Part shown: piece after piece, positions 1 through 13,261 of the stretch
How positions within the stretch are numbered: position 1 is the stretch's first letter
How the letters are laid out: every line of letters begins with the position of its first letter
Assembly (NCBI RefSeq): GCF_023055435.1
Contig: NW_025963791.1
Span: 33,232,001-33,296,000, forward strand
Source of the DNA: Haliotis rufescens
Taxonomy: Eukaryota
Reading direction: 5' to 3'
DNA: 64,000 bases
Made by a program: the position numbers and the translations under genes
The notes under the pieces: generated by a model
What the model saw: only the letters and a program-made list of their open reading frames with translations
The model's database searches: none
Told to the model about the DNA's origin: nothing

Positions 1-2780
1 AGCGTGTGTCTATGTAATTGTTTATACTATTGTTGTAATAAAATATGTTCCTACATTATAGTTTTCATGAATTCTGTCATAAGAACAGGCTTGATCATTG
101 TTTCCACACAATAAGGATTTACCTTGAATAGATGAACCGAAACTGAATATATGAATGTATTGTGATCATGTGAGATGAGATTTGATGTCACTTTCACTCA
201 TTTAGATGAGGCGGTAAACTGTCGTCATTGATTCAAAGGCGCATTTGTTTTAATATTAAAAGCTAACTCTAAAACAACTACCAATAGGGTCTTGTATTAA
301 TGACCTGTAATCCACCTCCGTCAGCACCAACCAAGCCTTGCTTTACTGATAATGGACACGCCCCCTCACAGTCACAATACAAGGGAGGTAACTGTGAACG
401 TTAGTATTCAGGACGAAGTCAACATATCTTTATTGTGTCATTTTTACACGTCGACGAATGACTTTGTTGACCTGAATGTCAAACATTTGTAAAACCCATA
501 ACAATAAAAGAAATTTAAATCAATATACTTTACATTTTTCTATTTTCTTGGGGCCAACAATTCCTACTTTCGGTTTCTCTTCGTTTAATGTTTCGTGTGT
601 TTTGAAGTTTAAATTTAAGAAATACAAACCTTATGTAAGTTTGATGGTGTCGATGTCCTGAATAAACAGGTATACTAGTTCTTCATGTGCACTGTGTGAG
701 ACTTAATTGTATGACCTGGATGCCTTGAAATAACCAAATCCCGCCTCGGTACACACCTGTGCCTACCTGTCCCTTCCTCATGACATACAAGGGAGGTAAC
801 TGCGAAATCTCGACTAGTGGTGATTCATAAGCGATCAAATCTGATGGCAACGTAGGTTCCTGGATCGAATCAAGGATAATTCTTGTAACAACGCAAGAGA
901 TCGGCACATTTCAATATACACACACGGGACACACTGTAAACAGCATTTTTGTAATATCCTAAGATGTCCTACGCATTCGTATTTGTACAAGTATGTGCCA
1001 ACATGCATGTAATGTGGTTTGCAACAGAACAAGAAGTAAAAGGCTGCAACACCGGTTATGTGGCAGGTGTGGTGATCGACATGTCATAAATGTTACAAAT
1101 AAGAAATATACCACAGATAAAATAGCTTTTCCTGAAACTTAAAGCAAAATCATACCAGTATCACTAAGTAATGTTAACAGGCACACCGTTATGTAATGCA
1201 AGTCACTGCAAAAATGAAATAATCTTGAAAGTGATATTGGTCCCAATTTCACCTCATCTCCGGGGCTTAGTGTGTAATTATAGCATTGTATGCCATATTA
1301 CCACGGTAGTTAAATACTAATGGATCGTAACGGCGCACGCTTACAAACTTATAAAATATGTCATATGCAAAATGTTCCTTGTTCTTGGTTCAACTTTTAT
1401 GACACATCCATTAGGAATGATCGATGCTGATTTTCTTTACTGAGTTCGGTAAACAAAGTACCTGTCATTGGCGACACAAGGGCGGGCAGCTCTATATTAC
1501 CGAGGTATGGCTATGTTGTGGCGTGATCATGTGGCTTCACTTCCTTATTTGTATTATGCACAATCGGTATGCATACGACCTACGTTGGGGCAAAGGATTT
1601 CGTCTAAACAAATGGGTTCTTTTCTAATCAATTAGAATGGAGGCAGGGATATTTCCACTTCAAATACATTAAAGGAACAACCATGAAAAAGTTAAAGTGT
1701 GTATACGTGACATGCCACAACGAGTCCTGTATTCGATCATGCAATGAAATATCGTGTTTAGATTTGCATAAGTAAACAGTCGACATGAGTGTGGATTACG
1801 AGATTTACCGATACCGCAATAATATAGAGACCGCGATAATATAGAGTCATACCCTGTAATGATACCAGTCTCATTCAAATCTAATCCTCGTGCTCACTAC
1901 GGATTCATAGAGAGCACCAAGATCTCGTTTTAATGAGAGTGTAGTTACACCAGGTGTATGTTGACAGTTTCACAGCCACATGACTTCCTGGCTTGATATC
2001 TGAGTTGACCTTATTGCACAAGAGGCTGGGAGGATCACCAAGGAAGGCTATCTGGTGGTGACCTCGGACACAACGAGGAAGCAGGCTGACTGCATGGAGA
2101 AGATACCAGTATACAAGCCAAACTGAATATACCATTTGGTCCATTTTCTTAGCTATCTATCTATCAGATGCGTAGAAGCTGATATGGCGCAAGGGTTTGT
2201 GGATACATTTTGCTACTTTGTATGATGTTAAGTTTCTACTTATTCAAGGGTTTAATAAATTATTCAGTCAGCAAATCATATAAATAAGATATTGGAAAAT
2301 AAATATATAAATAAAATCCCATGTGGATTCTGGGTTAGAACAGAAAACCACAGTGAAAGAGACTACATGGATCGTGTGGTCATGCTTTTTGACATTCCTG
2401 ATTGCGTGTCATTGTGACAGCATGGGATGTTGCTCATAATATCCATCACTAGTTTGTGTGACCCAGTCTCTGTTACCAACATGCCTCTGTGAAAAAGCTG
2501 GACATATTGCTGAGTGTAGGGTTAATCATGTAACAAAGAAGCCATAGGGCGTGTAAGTTAGAATTGGTCCCCAGTAACCTGTTAGAAATAGGCGCCTGCA
2601 ATGGTTCGTTTGAAGTGTTGTGTCACCATAACCGGACATCATGGGACATTTGTCTCAATATCAACCATTGGTCTGTCTTGTCAAGACTAGCTTATCAATA
2701 GGCTCTCGGGATATAGATGGAACAACACACTCAGGTAAATGCAATCATGATTATGTATGTTTTATTGTGTTTAATGTCAC
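1..2780 (-). repeat. 5' flank/promoter block of a further TRIM paralog lying left of the window (copy 0)
   Basis: Colinear and highly similar to the upstream blocks of copy 1 (from ~13514), copy 2 (from ~21247) and copy 5 (from ~56956). All begin agcgtgtgtctatgta. Confidence 0.85.
566..579 (-). promoter_or_regulatory. IRF-element/ISRE-like motif GAGAAACCGAAAGT (copy 0)
   Basis: Matches the IRF consensus GAAANNGAAAG/CT and is kept in paralogous promoters. Confidence 0.55.
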
Positions 2781-2877
2781 ACTCAGAAATATTCTGAACA
2801 GCATTTTGGGTCAAAGATGAGTGTAGAGAGTGTTGAATCAGCTGTCTGCTAATTTGGTGAAGTCCTCCAGATATATT

Positions 2878-3040
2878 GGGGGAGGTGTGGTAGCCTAGTG
2901 GTTAATGTGTTCGGTTGTCACACCAAAAACCTAGGTTCGATTCCCTACATGTGTGTACAGTGTGTGAAGCCAATTTATGGTTTCCCCATCGTGATATTGC
3001 TGAAATATTGCTAAAAGCAGCGTAAAACCATACTCACTCA
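2878..3040 (+). mobile_element. tRNA-derived SINE (family A, (CACT)n tail)
   Basis: A box (tagcctagtgg), B box (ggttcgattcc), tgtgaagcc core and actcactc tail. Many copies in the window. Confidence 0.85.
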
Positions 3041-3240
3041 ATCAGTCCAGACATAAAGTTGGTGGAAGGAAAAAAATCGGGGCCTTCAAGAAAAGGTTGA
3101 GATTGGTCTGCTTCCATTTTTGCATGTAAACCCGTGTTCTTGCAGTTGTGTTTGATATTAGAATCAATGCACCTGTCCCAGACGTGCAGTATTTTTAGAC
3201 ATTCCATGGAAGGATCTGGGCTATAGGTTGAGTTACTTAA

Positions 3241-3890
3241 AGGGGAAGTGTACACGCAAAAATCACTTTCTTTCTTTTTCTAAACAAAACGCAAATTTAG
3301 AATTAGTTAGTATCTGTGTTTGAAAATATACACTCATTTTTTTCACAGTGAAAGTAGGAAGCTCACAATAGTGTTAAAATGATATGCCGTTATGAGGCCT
3401 TCGTTTTACGAGCGAAATAGGCTTGAGTTATCCCCCTTAGATTATGACGTAATTGGTGCCAATTCAACTTGGTCCCTGTCTATTCTCAACGCAAAAGATA
3501 TCAAGGACCAGTTTGCGGTAAAACAACATGGTCTACGACACACTCCGGCGCAGTGGTGACTCAGCATAACACAATTCTGGCTGGCATCTGAGACGCTAGA
3601 ATGACAAAACTGTACCTACACCACGTGAAGCGGCTCTAACAAAGCATGATGACGTCATAATGTTTATCAATTGGCACCAATGACGTCATATTGCAAGGGG
3701 CATAAGTCATGGTGTTTTTGTTATGGAAATAGAACACTTGGTAAATGTGAAAAATAAAACGTTTTAATGCAAAAAATATGTTAATTAAATATGATGTTTT
3801 TATATTTTTGTCTATGACACTTCTAGGTTAACACTTTTAATGTGGAAAAAGTATAAGAAAAATTGGTTCATTTCCGTGTGAACTTGCCCT
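3241..3890. mobile_element. Non-autonomous TTAA-targeting DNA transposon (Kolobok/T2-like MITE)
   Basis: TTAA TSDs at 3237-3240 and 3891-3894. Imperfect TIRs AGGGGAAGTGTACACG / CGTGTGAACTTGCCCT. Internal inverted repeats. Empty paralogous site at ~51611-51628 (gagttacgtaagaacaag). Confidence 0.85.
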
Positions 3891-4200
3891 TTAAGAACAA
3901 GTCAAATATTACCATGTGATTTCATACACACATTCATGCACCATGTTCCGCCTTATGTCTCTTTGTAAAAGCTAGCACACCACAGTACTTATTATATATT
4001 ATTCCTGGTTCCCACTTGGCTGCTGTCAATATTTTTCTAGGTGCCCTTTCAAACTTTAAAGAGCCACATTAAAATGAAAGGAGCCACATTGATTTAGGCT
4101 TACAAAGAATTATTATTTGAGAACTTAATAAGACAAGACAAGATAGAAAACATTCCAGTTGTTCTGATGTGTCTGAACAAGAAACTTTGAAAACGTGTCA

Positions 4201-4357
4201 TGAGTGAGTGAGTGGTTTTACGCCGCTTATATTCCAGCAATATCACGGCGGGGGACACCAGAAATGGGCTTCACTCATTGTACCCATGTCGGGAATCGAA
4301 ACCGGATCTTTGGCGTGACGAGCGAATGCTTTGACCGCTAGGCTACCCGGCCGACCC
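4201..4357 (-). mobile_element. tRNA-derived SINE (family A)
   Basis: Reverse complement of the SINE at 50195-50354. Confidence 0.85.
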
Positions 4358-4843
4358 TGCCACAATGAAGACAATTCGTTGAACAATTACCCTTGTCGAA
4401 AGACCATCATTGGAATTCACTAAGGCAGTATCCTGTAACAATACTGCTGCTGCCTTTTCGCTTTAATCCAATGTCTGTGTTATGCATTTGCTTCGGTTTC
4501 CGATTCATTTATTACAATCAGACACATTCATAGCAGTTGAAGTAATCTTTGGCGTCTCGCATCCCGATGTTCAATTCCCTGATTCCACTATGCCCAGCCA
4601 CATCTAATAAACGCCTTTAAGGAGTGCTGGCAGTAATGGCCACAGTAATGTTATTCATATCATCATTCTGTGATTGACAGTTTGGCTTAGTATGGCTCTT
4701 GATAACATGTCAAATATTCTTCTGTGATTTGAACCATTGTGAAAGTAAACTGAGAAATGTGCATGTGACCAGAAAGACATAAACTTGTAGCATTACAGAC
4801 GATAACATCAGAGGCAAGACAGGCTTTAATGTTGCTGTAGTGC

Positions 4844-5003
4844 GTAAGTGAGTTTCACGCGGCTTTTACCAATATTCCAGCAATATCACGGCGGGGGACA
4901 CCAGCAATGGGCTTCACACATTGTACCCATGTATGGAATTGAACCCGGGTTTTCGGCGTGACAAGCGAACGCTTCTACTGCTAGACTGCTACTCCACCGC
5001 CCC
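4844..5003 (-). mobile_element. tRNA-derived SINE (family A)
   Basis: Same family. Paralogous copy at ~26545-26717. Confidence 0.85.
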
Positions 5004-5151
5004 TCGATATCACAGTAAGGAGCTGCACTAACCACAATGTTGATATCAGTTTCTTTCAATATGTGAAATAATTTAGTCACCAATCAAATTTTATTACCAC
5101 TGACAAACACACAATAAATTAATACAGGTGAACACGCAGGTAGATGGCTAA

Positions 5152-5965
5152 TAGGGATGCGATGAGTTCAGAATTACTACCCGGGTACCCGACCCGCTAT
5201 TACCTGACCCTACCCAAGTACCCAGCCCCCTATTACCTGACCCTACCCGCGTACACGGCCTCCTATTACCTGACCCTACCCAAGTACCCGACCCCCTATT
5301 ACCTGATCCTACCAAAGTACCCGACCTTCTATTATCTGACCCTACCCAAGTCCCCGACCCCCTATTTCCTAACACTACCAAAGTACCCGACCCCCTATTA
5401 CCTGACGCTACCCGGGTACCTTACTCCCTATTACCTGACCCTACCAAGGTACCCGACCCCCTATTACCTGACCCTACCCAAGCACCCGACTCCCTGTTAC
5501 CTGATCCTACCCAAGAACCTGACACCCTTTTACCTGATCCTACCCAGGTACCCGACCCCCTATTACCTGACCCTATCCGAGTACCCGACCAACTATTACC
5601 AACACTACCCAGGAACCTGCTGTTGTTTTCGAGTTGGGAAGATAATGCCTGACTGGAAATTGTTTTACCAGACTCCTAGCAAAACTTAAATATTTATATA
5701 CATGTATAAAAAGATCTAAACATGCATACACTGAAGTTGACTAAAACCTATATTTACTCAGACACATATAACAAGGAATATGTGCATTGTCAGAAAGAAA
5801 TGCTATTTGCAGTGTAGCCATAGAGTTTTGTTGTTATTGTCATTGAACAATATATCACTTGATTAACCACCGATCCAGGTAATCCTGTGGACACCCGGAT
5901 CCATCTCAGGACCCAACCCTCCCGAGTACCCGACCCACCCCTCCCGAGTACCCGACCCAACCCTA
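5152..5965. mobile_element. hAT-like MITE carrying a 33-bp minisatellite
   Basis: TAGGG...CCCTA termini, 8-bp TSD ATGGCTAA/ATGGCTGA and subterminal ACCCGAC repeats. Confidence 0.75.
5176..5612. repeat. 33-bp tandem minisatellite (tacccgaccccctattacctgaccctacccaag), about 13 copies
   Basis: Directly visible. It produces the spurious (PKYPTPYYLTL)n ORF. Confidence 0.9.
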
Positions 5966-6003
5966 ATGGCTGACAATAATGTATGAGGGTGATATTCTAT
6001 TTA

Positions 6004-9000
6004 GAGTGAGTGTGAGTTAAAAAAACGTCACACCGGCAATATTTCAGCCATATCGTGACGAGAAGTTATTATATATTATCAAAAAATAAAAACCTTTCAT
6101 CGATGGCAGCAAAATACAACCATACAAAATTATCACGAAATGTCACAATACAACATAAAAATGAGCTATAGATCACCAGCAACCAAAGTTAGGCCACCAC
6201 ACTGGGGACCATGGGGGCTTACGGTACATTTGCTACCTACATGGTGCCCCAGCAGGATTTATACCATCCCTCTGGCTGCTGGCGATGGTCAGAAAGATTA
6301 GCTAAACAGTTAAAATCTACAAAAATACTACGATTAAGATGACTGAGAAATTAAACAAATACTTTGAATAATACCGGACTTACGTACCCTCTCAGGGGGA
6401 CAATTATTTTACGATACTTCAAATCCATGTGAAGATACAGCCACTAACAATCTCAGTTATGACTTCATTCTACCAAATTAAAATGACTTTCTATATACTA
6501 TACATGTTATAATCAAAATTTATCTATTAATTCTATTTCTTTTAAAAAACCGATGATTACATGAGCACATGAGATTTATGGATGTAATTTTGAAATCATT
6601 TACCCTTGTGATGGGAAAATCAATGCAGTCAAGCAAAAAAGAGTGACCGTGATTCTTTCATCACAAGGGATGCAGAATGGAGGATCCTCGACTTTCAATA
6701 CATATTCGTGGGTATATCTACTGTGGCCAATACGACCTCGTCACATTATGACCTCTTCAAATCTGGACTGACAGTCCAAGTAGGTGTAACGGATAGTTGG
6801 TTTAATTTCATATAATTTATTGATACCTACTTGGTTGTCCCACTTTTTCTGCATTGGATCCCTGATGTAACAACTTACAACAGGCCTACAATCACTGTAT
6901 GGGATAAGAAGTGGTGTCACAGTTTTGTTGAGTGCTGCTTTTGCAGCAGCAGCAGCCATTGTGTTACCAATGATTCCAACATGGCTCGGTAACAAACAAA
7001 AATACGATGTCGCATTGGCCAGTAGCAAGATAATTAAACATCGTAATAATTTTGATTATAATCGGATGTGTACAAGACTGTTTTTTAATAGCTTGAAGGC
7101 AAGAGAGTGAGTCTGAAAATATAATAAATTGTTTATGTTTTGATTGCTTATTGATATATTCTAGTGCTGTGAATATGGCCTTTGCGTTGACCGTAAAAAT
7201 GGAACAGTTGTCTGGTATACGGTTTGATATAGTCCTGGATCCAATGACAGTGGCGCTGGCAACAGCGTCACCATCCGTGGATCCATCTGTAAATATAGAT
7301 TTGTAGGTATCGTATGGGGATCGTAATTGATTATATTCTTGCAGATACATTAGTTGATTTGTTTCAGATTTTTTTAAATAAGTGAGAGAAAGATCTACTT
7401 CAGGTCTGACTAATTGCCAAGGAGGAGTAGACAAAAGCCGGCATGGAGATATTATATCAAAGTCAATATTAGCATCTGCAATGTGAGACTTGATCCAAAT
7501 GCCAAGTGGCGGTCCAAGTTATGGCTTGTTGTGAAACAGCTCCTCATTGAGAGGATGAGTTATAAGCTGGATTTGATGGGTTGTGCGTAATTTAGTTATT
7601 TACTGAAGGGATACTTTTAAGCGGCGTTGTGCAAGCGAAGGCTCATCGGCCTCCACATACAAACTAGGTACAGGAGAGGTTCTAAATGATCCAAGACAGA
7701 GTCTTGGTCCTTGATGATGTATGCAATCTAATTTCCCTAAATTACTTTGAGCAGCTCCGGCATATACAATTGAACCATAATCTAGCTTAGATCTAATAAG
7801 GGATCTATACAGGTGAAGTAAGGTTGTCTGATCCCCACCCAAGCTTAGTATTTGCAACAACTTTTAGTAGATCTGGAGCCTTCAAGCATTTAGTTTTAAG
7901 ATGTTTTATATGAGGTTAAAACGTCAAGTGGCGATCACAAAAAAGACCCAAGAACTTGGTCTCCTCACCAACCTTGATGGGGGCACCGTTTAACAGTTGC
8001 TCCGGGCCTTTATGCGGTCTATAATGTCAACAAAAATGGATACAATTTGTCTTTGCTTTGGAAAATCTAAATCCATTCTCAAGCGACCACTTTTGGATTA
8101 AATGTAGGGAAAGCTGCAGTTGCCTTTCTATTGTGTGCATGTTGTTGCCACGAGAAGATATGTTGAAGTCATCTACAAAGAGTGACCCATCAATTGAGTC
8201 ATTCAATACCTTGGAGAGACTGTTAATTTACAGTTAGAAGTGTCTGGAGACTTGGTTCGGGCAAGTGTTTTAGAAGCTGATAATGAATATTAACAGCTCA
8301 GTTGCAGTATCACGAGCTTGCCCAAGGGCGGTGTTGAGCTCGTGTAGTCCTTTGCAATTGGCACATTTTATTTATGCATCACAATCGGTGTTCTCAGGTT
8401 CACCACCGCAACGCTGACAAATCACAGAGTGGTTACAATATTTGGAGCCATGACCAAATTTTAGGCACTTGAAACATCGGAGTGGATTGGGGACATACAC
8501 CTCCACTCCGATGTTGATATACCTAGCTTTTGACTTTTGTGCAAATGTAAACAGATATGTGCTTGATGAGATGATGTCACCATCTCTTGATTTCCTGGTA
8601 AACCGTTTGACTGCTGTCACTCCTTGGAGTTTGAGTTCTTCCGTAATGTCTTGTTCGGACATGTCGGACAGGCAATCGGCTCTGTCACGAACAATGTCAC
8701 GAACTCAAAGTTTTGTGCACAGACACAGCAACCTCAATATTGGCAAACGTGTAGTTAATGATAACAGATTGAGAGATTGCTTTCTCTGTGAACACTCAAC
8801 AAGGAGCGAGCCACTACGAAGACGCGACACATTCTTTTCTCCACAAATTCCAGATACAGCTTTGGGAATGGCAAAGAGATGTTCGGTTTGACTAGTGTCA
8901 TCTTGATCGACATGTCTACGTTTGGAACGGTTTGAACCAGGGTATTGGTGAGACATGATGAAAGAAAATAATTCACCACCCTGCTCTCCACCCACCATGG

Positions 9001-9592
9001 TGTGCCACAAAGATCAATGTTTTATAGCACCGGATCTCCAACATGCCAACATCAGGGATACAGAGGCGGTATACTCCAGTAAAAACACCTTGAACAGCTG
9101 AATTTGTCTACCAAATATAATGCCAGGCTGGTTCGGCCCATAACAAAAACTTGGAGACAGACAGAACTCAGAGGTCAATAGTACCTGATTGGCCCATGAA
9201 CCACCGCCTTCTGGCATGGGACTCGAGGCATGTTTATATCCTATAATGTTCATTAACAACATATATACCCAACTTTCACATTAATTGAAATATTTCAATA
9301 TGGACGTGTTACATACACAGGGCATGGCGTGACCAGCCGATTGATAGAACCGGGCCCATTCTTCCATCCGCCTAGGTGAAGTCAGGGTCAGAGTGGTGTG
9401 TTGGGCAAAGGAACACTGTTCCTGGCTCAAGAGCCCTCAACCACCAGAATCCCCACGGCAAACAGGTTGCCCAATGTTGTCGCCTCTCAAGCAATGGGGT
9501 GCTGTGGACACACTCTACCCCGAGTCCACACGGGGGAAGAGCGATTAGCGTTACCCAGCACTCACCACGTTGAGGTTGCTCTTCATGACTGC
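6004..9592 (-). mobile_element. Decayed I/Nimb-group non-LTR retrotransposon with RNase H, internally deleted
   Basis: ORF1 zinc knuckle (CFKCLKFGH, CQRCGG). RT C-terminal part (LYRSLIRSKLDYG). RNase H motifs (IFTDGS, IFSDSLS, PSHVGIIGN). 5' end GCAGTC and (CACT)-type 3' tail. 7-bp TSD CTATTTA at 5997-6003 and 9593-9599. Many frameshifts. Confidence 0.85.
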
Positions 9593-10328
9593 CTATTTAT
9601 AATTCTTCCAACCTTTTCAGCTTGTAAACAGTAGAAAGAATTATGGAATAAGTGCAGATAACCAGCTTCAGAGACATAAGTAGGTCAGTTGGTCGTGACG
9701 TCATAGTAAACGATGACATCACAATGGCCTGGATTAAAAGTTTTTTGTTTATGGCATGTAGGCAGACGACAAACACTGTTATCATGGATTTTTTTATTTG
9801 TGGAAAAAAATACATTTTGCTCGTGCTGTGTGTAAATGATATTTTAAATGAACCTATGATTAAGTGTATGACAATCAAAAAAGTAAAAATAATTCATTGA
9901 AGTTTTCATTCATCGATTTTATTTGAACTGGAGTCTATGCATAGCACGGGCTAGGGCTAGAGAGAGAGAGAGTATAATGTTTATTATAGTGCCACATGTT
10001 ATATACACTTCAGAGAAACAGGTTGCTTGACACATAATGTGATGTGAACCTGGTACAAAGAAAACTGCTAATTGCACCTCTACGTACTTCTCCTACATAC
10101 ATGTGTGTATGTGTATTTTTTTTTGCGCGTGTGTGTGTATGGATATAAAGTAGCGCTAAAAAATGAAACCTTTATATGTCTGTATTTTGGGCCACTGGCC
10201 TCTATACTGAATAAATTGTCTTGTCTAATGTTATCTGAATTGATGTGGAAATAATGTCTGTGGATACACCTTTGTATGATCATTCACACCCCAATCGGAA
10301 AAGACCATTTTGAGTTGTTAGAGTGTAT

Positions 10329-11974
10329 TTAACACCAGTGATACCGATGATTGAAATCATGCAATTGTATCTGATCTCCACCACAAATATACAGTGTGTC
10401 ATGTCTATCGACATACAATCCCCTTGGATCACAGCCAATGTCCTGATGATCTGTGACATAATCCCCTGTCTCTGTCAGCCGTACCACATTGGGGCTGTCT
10501 GCAACCAGGATGTCTCCTGTTGAAGTAGTTGAGATACCGTAAGGTCTGAGTGCTCTGTCTCCGGTAGGGGCGTATCTCCACACAACATCCCCCTCTTACG
10601 TCACACATGTCACAGACTTCTTCCCCCAGTCAGACACGAGTATGTTGCCCTTGTTGTTGACACACATGTAGCCGGGGAAGGTAAACAGTGTCTCATTGTT
10701 GTGTGTAGTGACTGACCTCAGCATGTGTCCCGCCATGTCCAGGATATCAACACAGGCGACACCACCTGCTGCTAGAGATGAAGGACTCAGAACAGCGAGA
10801 CTGTAGTACTCCTTGCTTGTTGTGATGGTTGAGAGCAGCACCAGGTCAGGGGTCACTTCTACTGTTACAATCTGACTGGAGTCAGGGACAGCAACCATCA
10901 CCTGGTTCTCCTTCAACTGTGTTACACCACATGGATGGTCATCCAGGGGAAGTCTACTTTGACATGTCAAGTTGTTTCTGGTGTAGAAGGATTTCACACA
11001 CGTGTTATTTGCGTCAGTGACTACAACTGTCTGTATACCATCTACAAGGAGGACTGTGACGTCACGTAGATCAGGCTCCACTTCATCACCCGCCATCCTC
11101 CCATCTATCTGGTCAACCAGCACTGGAGACGGCAGACATGTGCCCTGATCCTGGTATGTGACGTCAATCTTCCCCAGCTGTAGGTCATCTAGGATGTGCT
11201 GGACGTTGTCAGTGTCAGGTGTAAACCTGATGTCATCTATTCTCGGTGTGTCTGCTGTGTCTGTGTCCCTGACATCCCCCAACTCTACAGCCCCCGACTC
11301 CCAGGCCTGATACGCGTCATACAGGTCCATCTCACAGTCCGATACCAAGGCCTGGTCAATGAACTCACAATGTTGTCTGTACATCTGCATTTCAATCTCT
11401 TGTAGTTTAACATCTGCTTTAAGTTGCTTAGTTTGTTTGTCTGTAATATCCCTGACTTTATTTATCAGCTGTTTTTCTTTCTGCTTGATGTTGGCGATGG
11501 CTCTCTCAACAGCAGATTTGATGTGACGTTCTACTCCAACTTTGTTTTTCTTAATTCTGCCAATTGTCTTGTTTGTTTTCTGAACAATTGTTTGTTTTTT
11601 ATGTACTTTCTTTGATAACTGTTCAGCATTTCTTCTCAAGTGGTATTTCATTGTTGGCATCATTGACTCTATGGTAATGACAGACTCACATTTCCTGTGG
11701 TAAATAACACAACATGTCTGACACACAGCTTTGTGGCAGTCTTTACATACAAGTTTTATAACCTCATCCTTATGTTCCCTGCACATGACCTTGCGTCCCC
11801 TCTTCACCTTGATCTCTCCTGAAAGGTCACAGATATCATGGTCATGTGATGCAGGACTTGCACGATGCATCTTGACACATCTTTCGCAGAGGGACACTTG
11901 ACACTTAGAACACCATGAGGCTCCCGGAGTTGTCTCCCCTAACTTCTCACACACTGAGCAACGTGAAGCGGAAC
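10329..11974 (-). pseudogene. TRIM copy 1 large exon (B-box x2, coiled coil, NHL-like propeller) with premature stop
   Basis: Acceptor ttacag|GTTCC at 11975/11974. TAA at 10598-10596 where paralogs have TCA (Ser), and the frame continues after it. A 30-bp deletion removes the native HEVNFM* end. May encode a C-terminally truncated protein. Confidence 0.85.
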
Positions 11975-12273
11975 CTGTAAGTGGACATGTCTATAGTTAT
12001 TTGACATATCATAACAATATTTATATAAATTAGAAGATTGAGAATCCAGGTAAAATCAACCCCTCTCACCTATTTTCAATGCACGAATAGGGCGATGGGT
12101 GTAGGCTTGGAGTTCAAGTGTTGGCTCGTCACGCCCGTGGGTTTGATGTGTGAAGCCCCATATTGGCATGATTGGCAGTGGCGTAAAACTGAACTCATTC
12201 ACCCAGTTATGTACATGTAGTTTCAACAGCTACAGTTACTCTTACAAGTGAACAGTTTTGATCACGATTTTCA

Positions 12274-12425
12274 CGGGCGGTTGGGAAGCCTTGTGGTTTA
12301 AGTGTTAGCCAGGTTTGATTCCCCACAGGAGTAAAATGTGTGAAGCCCATTTCTTGTGTCCCCGCAGTGATATCTCTGGAACATTGCTGAAGGTCGCAAA
12401 AATACATGCTCACTCACTCACTCAC
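12274..12425 (+). mobile_element. Family A SINE in the TRIM intron (degraded second copy at ~12089-12200)
   Basis: tRNA-like head and actc tail. Same position in the introns of copies 2 (~19960-20128), 4 (~48047-48192) and 5 (~55697-55842). Confidence 0.75.
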
Positions 12426-12835
12426 TATCATCAACCTGAAACATTCTATCATTTACAAATACCCTTTTGATAAACTGCTATTTGTAGATGTTTTCAAATA
12501 ATAATTTTTTCAAGTGCTTTATGGATGATCTGATTATATAAGCATCATGTAAACCGATAATAATCAGCAGGTCAATTAGCATTGCCGATGCACATCGTCC
12601 CGACGTCATAATATATTGTAAATATTTCTATGCAGTGATTACAGTTGGAGTCATGTTTGTAACAAATGTATATTTTCTGGTTTCGTTTAGTGGAGTCAGT
12701 TGGTATCATTGAATATTCTGTTAACAGCAGTACTGTAATTATACTGCATGTTTAAACAAATAATGATTATGATTCTCATTACTAGATATCAGTTTGTGAA
12801 ATGAATGTGCAATTCATAATGTAATAAACCAATAC

Positions 12836-13133
12836 CTGTTTTGACAACGTCAGCTTGAGTGTCAATCAGCCCCTGTATAATGATGCTGGGTTTGATCTGC
12901 CCCGCCCACTCCTCCACTGGCCGGCTGGGGTGGGGGACCTTGGTATCTTGTCGACAGAAGGCACAGGGGATCGTCTTGGACTGTATAGCATCTGGTCTTG
13001 TTTGGATGTATGCAGTGACACATTTCCTGCAGAATGTGTGATCACACCTCAGTGTACAGGGGTCTGTGTACAGTTCCTGGCAGATCACACAGGTGAGGAA
13101 TTCTGTAACTTTCTCAGCTCGTGACGTCGCCAT
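12836..13133 (-). CDS. TRIM copy 1 RING (C3HC4) exon, first coding exon
   Basis: MATS..CVIC..C.H.FC..C..C..C. Acceptor tttacag directly before the ATG and donor CAG|GTATT. 298 nt, phase 1, in frame with the large exon. Confidence 0.9.
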
Positions 13134-13261
13134 CTGTAAAACATAAATAACTGTTCACTTTTCCAAGAAATAATTTCAGCTGAAGTTGTTCCGTCTTTGT
13201 TATGGGGTAACATGTGTTTAGTTTGAGGCAATAACATCTCTTGAGTGCACTTCGGGCTTAC

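Noticed and set aside
5176-5612. CRISPR-like array
   Set aside because: The repeats are contiguous with no unique spacers, the context is eukaryotic, and there are no cas genes.
5144-5689. 181-aa Pro/Tyr repeat ORF resembling an adhesive or shell protein
   Set aside because: It is the translation of a 33-bp minisatellite inside a MITE, has no signal peptide, and the frame is not kept in paralogous copies.
12789-12835. RING-only short proteins implied by the ORF track
   Set aside because: The ORFs run past a conserved GT donor into the intron, and splicing joins the RING in frame to the large exon.
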